A DNA stretch of 64,000 nt from Candidatus Sulfotelmatobacter sp. (GTDB lineage: Bacteria; Acidobacteriota; Terriglobia; Terriglobales; Acidobacteriaceae): assembly GCA_049513475.1 (NCBI GenBank), contig JBEKWC010000011.1:45664-109663 (forward strand). The letters are read 5' to 3'. A program made the translations under genes and the position numbers. How positions within the stretch are numbered: the stretch's first letter is position 1; each line of letters starts with the position of its first letter. Below the pieces are notes generated by a model. That model worked only from the letters and a program-made list of their open reading frames with translations. It did no database searches and had not been told where the DNA came from. This document shows, in pieces, positions 54,356-61,895 of the stretch.

Positions 54356-55708
54356 ATGGCCTTGGACGACGGTACGGAGCGCGACGCCGCGCCGGCGGCA
54401 GATTCCAAATCATCGCCAGATTCATTTTCCAATTCGCTCCCGGCTTCTTCCCCAACGCAGCTAGGGCGGGTGCGCTGGACGATTTGCGCCATGTTGTTCG
54501 TCGCCACCTCGATCAACTACATGGACCGGCAGGTGATCGCGATCCTTAAGCCAACGCTGCAGCACAGCATTGGCTTGACCGAGGTGAATTACGGTTACAT
54601 CGTCGATGCGTTTCAGATCGCCTATGCGTTTGGCCTGCTGGCGGCCGGGCGGCTGATCGACAGGCTGGGCACGCGCATCGGCTACATGCTGGTGATGGTT
54701 GTATGGAGCGTTTCGGCGATGGGCCATGCGCTGGCCAGCACGGCGCTGGAGTTCGGCTGCGCGCGTTTTTTTCTTGGCCTGGGGGAGTCGGGAAATTTTC
54801 CCGCCGCCATTAAAACCGTTGCGGAGTGGTTTCCGCAGAATGAACGATCACTGGCTACGGGGATGTTTAACTCGGGAGCGAACGTGGGGGCGATTCTGGC
54901 TCCCCTGCTGGTGCCCTGGGTGACGCTGCGCTACGGCTGGCACGCGGCTTTTCTCAGCACGGGCGCTTTCAGCACGCTTTGGATTTTGTGGTGGCTGCGA
55001 AATTTCCGTAGGCCGGGAGAGCACCCTACTATAACCAGCGCGGAGCTGCGGCACATTTATCGGGAAGCTGCGGCGGAGATGGGGCCGTCCGTTCCCTGGC
55101 GACGATTGTTGAGTTGCCGGCAGACCTGGGGATTTTCGATTGCGAAATTTCTCACCGATCCGATCTGGTGGTTTTATCTCTACTGGCTGCCTTCTTATTT
55201 CAGTTCGAAATTCAGCTTGAATCTTTCGCATCTGGGTCTACCGCTGATCGTTATTTACAACGTGTCGGCGGTCGGAAGTATCGGCGGCGGCTGGCTGCCT
55301 GCACCTTTTCGGCGCATGGGCTTTTCACCGACTTCCGCGCGGCTTGCGGCCATGTTGTTCTGCGCTTGCCTGGTTGTGCCTATTTTCTCTGCGAGCCGGC
55401 TCACTTCGGAGTGGGCCGCCATCGCCCTGCTGAGCGTGGCGGCAGGAGCGCATCAAGGGTGGTCGGCGAATCTGTTTACCACTTCCTCCGACATGTTTCC
55501 GCAGCGCGCGGTGGGAGCGGTGGTGGGCATTGGAGGCATGGCGGGATCGATCGGGGGCGCGATCTTTGCTTTCTTCGCTGGACATGTGTTGGAGTTAACG
55601 CATAGCTATGCAGTTTTATTCGGGGTGGCATCGAGCGCATATCTTCTGGCTCTGCTGGTTCTCTATCTTTTCGCGCCGGGGTTGAAGCGAGTCGACTTCA
55701 CAACGTAA
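54356..55708 (+). CDS. MFS sugar-acid (hexuronate-type) transporter
   Basis: ATG at 54356. 12-TM layout with SINYMDRQVIAILKP and G-R-L-x-D-R-x-G-x-R motifs. Confidence 0.8.
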   Translation: MALDDGTERDAAPAADSKSSPDSFSNSLPASSPTQLGRVRWTICAMLFVATSINYMDRQVIAILKPTLQHSIGLTEVNYGYIVDAFQIAYAFGLLAAGRLIDRLGTRIGYMLVMVVWSVSAMGHALASTALEFGCARFFLGLGESGNFPAAIKTVAEWFPQNERSLATGMFNSGANVGAILAPLLVPWVTLRYGWHAAFLSTGAFSTLWILWWLRNFRRPGEHPTITSAELRHIYREAAAEMGPSVPWRRLLSCRQTWGFSIAKFLTDPIWWFYLYWLPSYFSSKFSLNLSHLGLPLIVIYNVSAVGSIGGGWLPAPFRRMGFSPTSARLAAMLFCACLVVPIFSASRLTSEWAAIALLSVAAGAHQGWSANLFTTSSDMFPQRAVGAVVGIGGMAGSIGGAIFAFFAGHVLELTHSYAVLFGVASSAYLLALLVLYLFAPGLKRVDFTT

Positions 55709-55825
55709 GCGGATGTGATCGAGTTCCCCTCATGCCCCTCATGGGTACGGATTGACAGCAGTGTCGGATGCAACTATAAGGGTTACGGTTCAGCGTTCCT
55801 ATTGAGTCCATTCAGAGGGAAGCTC

Positions 55826-57436
55826 GTGTTTGATCGCAGGCAATTGCTGAACATGGCAGCGCAGAGTGCTCTTCTGGCCGGGGTTGCGAAAGGCACTGAG
55901 GCGGCGACGCAGAAACCTTCCGGCGGCGCGCCGGATCAGGATGCTGTTTTCAGCGTGAAACGGTTCGGCGCGAAGGGCGATGGTGAGACGATCGACAGCC
56001 CTGCGATCAACCGTACGATCGATGCGGCCGCGGCTGCAGGTGGGGGCACGGTTTATTTTCCTGCGGGGGTTTACGCTAGTTACTCGATTCGTCTCAAGAG
56101 CAAGATTTGTATTTATCTGGATCAGGGCGCGACGATTCTTGCCGCGTCCACGGCATTGGATGGGACCACGAGCGCCGGTTACGACGCTGCCGAGCCGCAG
56201 AACCCGGAGTGGAATGATTTTCAGGATTACGGGCACAATCATTGGCACAACAGTTTGATGTGGGGCGAGGGTGTTCACGACGTTTCGATTCTTGGTCCCG
56301 GCTTGATTTGGGGCAGGGGCCTGAGCCGCGGCCACTCCGACGATACGGATTTGCCCGACACGAAGAAGCCGGGAGTGGGCAACAAAGCGATCGCGCTCAA
56401 GAACTGCCATAACGTTATCCTGCGCGATTTCTCGATTCTGCAAGGCGGATGGTTTGGAATTCTTGCGACCGGAGTCGACAACTTTACCGTCGACGATCTG
56501 AAGATCGATACCAACCGCGATGGCATCGACATCGATTGCTGCCGCAATGTGCGGGTGTCGAATTGCACGGTGAATTCGCCGGTCGACGATGCGATTTGCC
56601 CCAAGAGTTCGTATGCGCTCGGTTGTGCGCGGCCCACGGAAAATGTCACTATCACGAATTGTTTCGTGACTGGCGGGTATGAGATCGGATCGTTGCTGGA
56701 TGGCACATGGAAGAGATTGCCGGAAAGCTCTCGCGCGAAGTTTACCGGGCGCATCAAGCTGGGAACGGAATCGAACGGGGGCTTTAAGAACATCGCGATT
56801 TCCAATTGCGTGTTTGAGAATTCGCGTGGTTTTGCTTTGGAGACAGTTGACGGTGCCGTCTGTGAAGACATTACATTGGTCGGCATTACGATGCGAGGGT
56901 GTGTGAACTCTCCAATTTTTCTGAGGCTCGGGGCGCGCATGCGCGGGCCTAAGGACAGCGCGCTTGGCCAGATCCGGCGCGTGCTGATCGGCAATGTCAC
57001 CAGTTCCGGCGCGGCGCAGTTGCCGTCGATCATTAGTGGTGTGCCGGGACGCATGGTCGAAGATATAAAGATCAGCGATGTTTATATGCATCAGGTGGGA
57101 GGGGGCGACTCTGTGATGGCTTCGATCCTGCCGCCTGAGAAGGAGAGGGAATATCCCGAGCCTACGATGTTTGGGGTGCTTCCGGCTTGCGGATTTTTTG
57201 TGCGGCACGTGAAGAATTTGGAGATGAGCAATATCGAGATCGCGACGCAGAATCCCGATCGAAGGCCGGCGTTCGCGATGGTGGACGTGGCGGGAGCGGA
57301 TCTGTTTCGGGTGCGCGTGCCTCGGCCGGCTGCGGGGCCAGCTTTCTCTCTACGGCAGGTTTCGGATTTTCGCCTCTTCGGCAGCCCGTTTGTACCCGAC
57401 CAGAGTTTTCCGCAAGTCGATGAGAGGCTTCTATGA
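55826..57436 (+). CDS. Glycoside hydrolase family 28 (polygalacturonase-like), Tat-type signal
   Basis: GTG at 55826 with GAGGGA upstream. FDRRQLL twin-arginine signal. Parallel beta-helix motifs (NRDGIDID, GTESNGG, RIK). Confidence 0.8.
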   Translation: MFDRRQLLNMAAQSALLAGVAKGTEAATQKPSGGAPDQDAVFSVKRFGAKGDGETIDSPAINRTIDAAAAAGGGTVYFPAGVYASYSIRLKSKICIYLDQGATILAASTALDGTTSAGYDAAEPQNPEWNDFQDYGHNHWHNSLMWGEGVHDVSILGPGLIWGRGLSRGHSDDTDLPDTKKPGVGNKAIALKNCHNVILRDFSILQGGWFGILATGVDNFTVDDLKIDTNRDGIDIDCCRNVRVSNCTVNSPVDDAICPKSSYALGCARPTENVTITNCFVTGGYEIGSLLDGTWKRLPESSRAKFTGRIKLGTESNGGFKNIAISNCVFENSRGFALETVDGAVCEDITLVGITMRGCVNSPIFLRLGARMRGPKDSALGQIRRVLIGNVTSSGAAQLPSIISGVPGRMVEDIKISDVYMHQVGGGDSVMASILPPEKEREYPEPTMFGVLPACGFFVRHVKNLEMSNIEIATQNPDRRPAFAMVDVAGADLFRVRVPRPAAGPAFSLRQVSDFRLFGSPFVPDQSFPQVDERLL

Positions 57437-57635
57437 GGCCGCGCTTCCGTGCCTTGCCCCAAGAGCCTTCGACCCCGCGCGCACGTGGCTATGAAAATGT
57501 GAGATGCAGCAACCGGAAACCTTTAAACACGGGGACACGGGGTTTCACCGGGTACGGCTCTGGGCTTTTGGATGACCTTCGATCCCAGCCAGTCCGGCAT
57601 TTTCGGGATCGGGCAAGGGGGTTCCCAGAAGTTGA

Positions 57636-58502
57636 TTATTCGGTTTTGAAGTTGCCCGGGTCCAGGCCAATGGTATCGGCGATCTTATCCGCGGTCATCT
57701 CCCAATCGTAGAGGCGAGTGTTGCCGCTCTGCAGTTCCTCGGTGTATTGCAAGTCGTAGTGGCGGGGAAGAGTGATGCCGTTTTCGGTTTTGAAGTCACT
57801 GAAGCGCTCTTCGATGGTGTAGCGAATCTCATGTTGCTGGGCGCTGGTGAGGATACCGCGGCTGACGCCGCTTTCAACCGTCCTCACCGAATAGACCGTC
57901 ATCACGTGCCGGTAAGTTTCGGGGTCGAAGTACAGTTTCACGTTCATGTCCGACGTATCTTTGGACCAATATTCAAGGCAGCGGAGTTCGTGGCCGTCGA
58001 TTTTCTTGGGGCCGGCATCTTCGAGCTTCACCCGGGTGGGATCGAGGTTCGCGAGAGCCCACGCGGTGGAAAGCTCTCCGCCCAGCAATCCCTCCTTCAC
58101 GATGAAGTCATGGCCGTTGACGAATTTTGCGAAGTTGCTGCGCAGATGAGAAGCGGTAGCGGCTGCGAAGGAAGTCTTTTCGCCGTCGAAGATAAATTGT
58201 TCGCCGCGCCAGTCGCCGCCACCGAAGCGCATCACAAAACGCGATTTGCGTCCCTCCGAGACTCGCCCCCAACTGCCTACGGATTCTCCCGCCCCGCCGA
58301 CTAATATTTTGAAGCGGAGATTGCCTTGCACGGCTCGCGACTTCACGGCCCCGCGGGCTTCGGCAGTGCCGATGGAATCCAGGTGTTTAGCGACGATCTC
58401 TTCCGGCTTGGCGTCGCCGGCGTGAACTGGCGCGGCGCACGCAGCCAGCGAAAGAGCTAGGGTGAAGGATGCCCAGGTGCTGGCTTTTCCGCCGAACATC
58501 AT
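57636..58502 (-). CDS. Putative lipoprotein of unknown function
   Basis: ATG at 58502 gives MMFGGKASTWASFTLALSLAAC (lipobox LAAC). 288 aa. Confidence 0.6.
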   Translation of the reverse strand: MMFGGKASTWASFTLALSLAACAAPVHAGDAKPEEIVAKHLDSIGTAEARGAVKSRAVQGNLRFKILVGGAGESVGSWGRVSEGRKSRFVMRFGGGDWRGEQFIFDGEKTSFAAATASHLRSNFAKFVNGHDFIVKEGLLGGELSTAWALANLDPTRVKLEDAGPKKIDGHELRCLEYWSKDTSDMNVKLYFDPETYRHVMTVYSVRTVESGVSRGILTSAQQHEIRYTIEERFSDFKTENGITLPRHYDLQYTEELQSGNTRLYDWEMTADKIADTIGLDPGNFKTE

Positions 58503-58668
58503 TGCGGCTGACCTCGAGGCCAATTCCGGCCTCGGCGATGATATTAACGCAAGGTTTTTTCCGCAAGTTCGAATCAGTGAAACAGGGTTGCCGGCCACTG
58601 CTTCTCGGCACCGTTCGACTTGAAAGGGAAGGGCAAGGTTCAGCTATGATCGCGGCAGATGCAAGTAG

Positions 58669-59403
58669 TTACGCTCCTGCGCCGGCAGCCTTTGCCAGAG
58701 CAACGGTGCGCGGAGCCTCGCCGCTAATCTGTGCCGCCAAGCCAAAGCAGACGCGGTAACTGCGGTAGATCCCATACATCACCAAGAATACCGATAACGG
58801 CGCTTGCCATCCGAAGCGATGGGCTGCGTGCAAGACCATCGAGGTCACGCCCGCGCTCAATACATAGTAGGGAAATGACAGGTGGAGGATGCTGAGCCAT
58901 ACGGTGTGGAACGCGGCACCTTCCGCCAGCTTGATGATGCCGGCCACCGGAAGTGTCTGTCCCAGCAAGAACGCGGCAGTCGCCAAGGTCAGCAGGAGCG
59001 GTTGCGACGCCCAACTCTCCCCCGCGCTCCCCGCATGCCAGGCCAGGTTGGCGAGGCTGGTGGCAAAGGCCATCATGCTTACGTTGAATATCATTCGCTC
59101 CGGCTTGAACTTCCTTGGAGAGGCCGGCCAGCATTGCACCAGGGTCGAGGTGCAGGCGATCGAAACCGCTTCGAGCGCGCTGAGATTTACCACCGCCAGC
59201 AGGAGAAAGGGCAGGTTGACCGACATGTTGCCGTTGATGCCGGGCAACCTGACTTTCATTCGCGAAGTCGCCGCCGCCAGGGCTAAGACAGCCAGTGCGT
59301 AAGAGCCATGAAAGGCGTGGCTGGTGTGGCTAGCGTAACCCGCGAGGCCAACTGCGGCCAGCACCATGCCCCCGATGAAGAGTGGAATTCGCTGTGTGTT
59401 CAT
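58669..59403 (-). CDS. Polytopic membrane protein of unknown function (about 7 TM)
   Basis: ATG at 59403, 36 nt downstream of the protease stop. 244 aa, almost entirely hydrophobic helices. Confidence 0.6.
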   Translation of the reverse strand: MNTQRIPLFIGGMVLAAVGLAGYASHTSHAFHGSYALAVLALAAATSRMKVRLPGINGNMSVNLPFLLLAVVNLSALEAVSIACTSTLVQCWPASPRKFKPERMIFNVSMMAFATSLANLAWHAGSAGESWASQPLLLTLATAAFLLGQTLPVAGIIKLAEGAAFHTVWLSILHLSFPYYVLSAGVTSMVLHAAHRFGWQAPLSVFLVMYGIYRSYRVCFGLAAQISGEAPRTVALAKAAGAGA

Positions 59404-59439
59404 TGTCTTTCCCCGTAGCTTCCGACGCACACGACGAGT

Positions 59440-61227
59440 TTACTTTTGGTCTCCGTAGACCAATGTCATAGCCGCATCCGAACTGGTCAGCGCCGTGCCC
59501 CAAAGGACGCTATCGGCGGCATCTGTGGTTGAGCCCCAGACCACGCTAAAGCCTTGCAGCGTGCTGGTTCCCCACACCACCGAACTGCCCCAGAGTACCG
59601 AGCTGCCGGAGACGTTCGTGCCCCACACCACGGAAGTGCCCCACAGAACCGAGGTTCCCCAGAGCACCGAACTCCCGGCTACTGCCGAGTTGCCGTTGAC
59701 CAACGATACCTTCTTGGTGGAGGAGTTGTAGGAAACGCTGGGCGATAATGCCGCCCCAACATTCGAAGGAGCGGTATCGGTGTTCGCCAGGGCGGCGGCC
59801 AGGTCCAGATAGCCGGCGCCGATGGTGAATATGTCGTAGTAAGACGTATAGGTCTGTCCTGTCGTAGGATCTACGGCCACGCTCGAGGTGGGGAAGGTCT
59901 TGTAGGCGGTCTTCATCAGCCGCGCTTTGACCTGGTCCGGGGTGAGCGAGGGATGAGCCTGAAGCAACAGGGCCGCAGCGCCGGAGGCCGCCGGAGTCGC
60001 CATGCTGGTGCCGCTCAGCATGAAGTAGTCGTTGGAGAAGCCCGGAATCATATTTCCGGGATAGGCGGTGGACAGACTGCTATCGTGGGCGACCAGGGAA
60101 ACCACCTGATTGCCAGGAGCGACGAGGTCAGGTTTGACCACGTGATCGTACATCGTGGGACCCTTCGAGCTGTAGCTGGTAATGGTGTCGTCGGTGCGGC
60201 TCAGAGTTCCTTGCGTGTTCATGGCGCCGACCGTGATCACGTAAGGATCGTTGCCAGGGGCGGTAATGGTACTGTAGCCGTTGCTGCCGTCTACACTGAT
60301 GCGGCCATAATTACCGGCGGCGACCACTACCACGATGCCCGCCTTCCAGGCCGATTCTACTGCCTGGCAGAGCGGGTCCTGCGCGTAAGGGACGTAAACT
60401 CCGCGGCCCAGCGAGAGGTTGATGACCCTGATGTTGTACTGGTTCTTGAGGGCGATAGCTCGCTGAATGGCGGCAATCACTTCGCTGTCGGTGCCGCTGC
60501 CGTTGCCGTCGAGCACGCGCAGATCGATGAGGTTGGCGTTGTAGGCCACGCCGCCGTAAATTTGGCCGGAGACCCAGCCGCTACCCGCGATGATACCGCC
60601 GACGTGGGTGCCATGACCGTAGGTGTCATGGACCAGCATGCCCTGCGAGTTGTACTCGCTGGCGCCGGTGAAATCCTGGTGATAGAGGACGCGATCCCAA
60701 ATGTCGATGTGCTGGTCATCGATGCCGCTGTCAATCACGGCGATGCCCATGCCGGTGCCGATGTAGCCGGCGTTCCAGGCGGCGCTCACGTTCATGGCTG
60801 CGTCGGTGTATTCGTCCATCGCTCTCAACGGATGGTCGACGCCGATCGAGGCCACGTCGGGATCCGCTTCCAGAGCCGGCAAGGACTTGACCGGAACCGT
60901 GAAGGCAAGACCTTTCACCAAGCCCAGCCTGTGATTCAGATGGCCACCGAGGTTCAGCGCCCGGGCTTCATGCTCGGCTCGCGGGGTCTGGTTGTACTGC
61001 ACGATTACCCTTACGGTCTCGTTGGCAGCTGCGGTGCCTTGTTGCGCTCGCGCCACGGCGGGTGCGAGCTCCTGGGCAAACTTGCCTCGCGGCGACTGAG
61101 TTTGCCAGTCCTGGGCGGAGGCCCCGCCGGCCAATAGCACAACCAACAGCATGCTGAGCCGTTTTCCCCAAGTCGCACTGTGGCGCTGCTTGGGTGTCGA
61201 TTTTCGTGTGTTACGCGTGCACCGCAT
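59440..61227 (-). CDS. Secreted S8 (subtilisin-like) serine peptidase with C-terminal SV(L/V)WG hexapeptide repeats
   Basis: ATG at 61227 with GAGGGG upstream. Signal peptide. Catalytic contexts AVIDSGID, HGTHVGGI and GTSMATP. The longer track ORF to 61437 would cover the candidate promoter. Confidence 0.85.
   Translation of the reverse strand: MRCTRNTRKSTPKQRHSATWGKRLSMLLVVLLAGGASAQDWQTQSPRGKFAQELAPAVARAQQGTAAANETVRVIVQYNQTPRAEHEARALNLGGHLNHRLGLVKGLAFTVPVKSLPALEADPDVASIGVDHPLRAMDEYTDAAMNVSAAWNAGYIGTGMGIAVIDSGIDDQHIDIWDRVLYHQDFTGASEYNSQGMLVHDTYGHGTHVGGIIAGSGWVSGQIYGGVAYNANLIDLRVLDGNGSGTDSEVIAAIQRAIALKNQYNIRVINLSLGRGVYVPYAQDPLCQAVESAWKAGIVVVVAAGNYGRISVDGSNGYSTITAPGNDPYVITVGAMNTQGTLSRTDDTITSYSSKGPTMYDHVVKPDLVAPGNQVVSLVAHDSSLSTAYPGNMIPGFSNDYFMLSGTSMATPAASGAAALLLQAHPSLTPDQVKARLMKTAYKTFPTSSVAVDPTTGQTYTSYYDIFTIGAGYLDLAAALANTDTAPSNVGAALSPSVSYNSSTKKVSLVNGNSAVAGSSVLWGTSVLWGTSVVWGTNVSGSSVLWGSSVVWGTSTLQGFSVVWGSTTDAADSVLWGTALTSSDAAMTLVYGDQK
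59494..59673 (-). repeat. In-frame 18-nt tandem coding repeats (SVLWGT-type hexapeptides)
   Basis: SVLWGT SVLWGT SVVWGT ... SVLWGS SVVWGT ... SVVWGS ... SVLWGT in the last 77 residues of the peptidase. Confidence 0.8.
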
Positions 61228-61271
61228 TCGGTTTACCCCTCGTGACGCAGGATCAGATTCGCTTACTTCAT

Positions 61272-61287
61272 TGCACGGGCGAGGCCA
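61272..61287 (-). promoter_or_regulatory. Candidate sigma-54 (-24/-12) promoter for the S8 peptidase operon
   Basis: The minus strand reads TGGCCTCGCCCGTGCA. The GG and GC dinucleotides have the canonical spacing of TGGCACG-N4-TTGCW. It lies 44 nt upstream of the ATG at 61227, with a sigma-54 activator gene adjacent. Confidence 0.45.
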
Positions 61288-61445
61288 ACTTCGATTGCTT
61301 GTAAGTGATTGATGGCAATGGAGCGGGGAGAAATGCTGCGGTCTGAGGCGAGACAGCTTGTCCCAAACATGAAGGGCAGGAGACGTTTTGTCCCATCGCC
61401 CAGGAGGCTGTTGCGAAAACTCGTGCCGTCGGCGCAAATGGGCTT

Positions 61446-61505
61446 ATCCCACTTCCGGCTGCCCGGCACTGCCGTGCCCGGCTCTCTCCTGCCGCTTCTT
61501 CGCGG
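61446..61505 (+). repeat. REP-like element, family C copy 2
   Basis: CCCACTTCCGGCTGCCCGGCACTGCCGTGCCCGGCTCTCTCCTGCCGCTTCTTCGCGG aligns with 634-690. Confidence 0.55.
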
Positions 61506-61699
61506 CTGGGACCAGTTTTGGACCGCCGTCGTTGCCGACGCATCGAGTTTCGTGACAGCCTGCTGGAAAATGGGCTTTGGGGCTCAACCCGCTATTTGAG
61601 GCGGATGGGATTTCGAAAAAAGCAAGTGAATGACAGGTTGTGACTCGGGCCAAAACTGAAGACCCACTTCCTGGCAGATGGCGAAGGAGCGGGGCTCGT

Positions 61700-61861
61700 T
61701 CAGGCTGATGGTGACGAGTTGGCCGAGGTTTTCTCCGATTGGCTGACGAAGGCGGCGTCGCCCTTATCGAACCAGGTTCCCCAGACCACGCTGCTGGCCG
61801 AAGATGTGGTGGTGCTCCAGACCACGCTCAAGCCACGATCGTTCGAGGTTCCCGAGACCAC
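61700..61861 (-). CDS. Candidate 53-aa mini-protein homologous to the C-terminal repeat tail of the S8 peptidase
   Basis: GTG at 61861 preceded by GAGGGG (7-nt spacer). Reads MVSGTSNDRGLSVVWSTTTSSASSVVWGTWFDKGDAAFVSQSEK..., in the same hexad phase as the peptidase repeats. It falls below the ORF-track length cut-off and could instead be a gene remnant. Confidence 0.35.
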   Translation of the reverse strand: MVSGTSNDRGLSVVWSTTTSSASSVVWGTWFDKGDAAFVSQSEKTSANSSPSA

Positions 61862-61895
61862 CGACGGTCCCCTCGGTTAAGCGGGTTCTAACCAA

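Noticed and set aside
59494-59731. Non-coding tandem repeat, or the plus-strand ORF 59495-59731 (VPHTTE/LPQSTE repeats)
   Set aside because: The 18-nt periodicity lies in frame within the minus-strand S8 peptidase and continues its reading frame to a normal stop. The plus-strand ORF is its mirror image.
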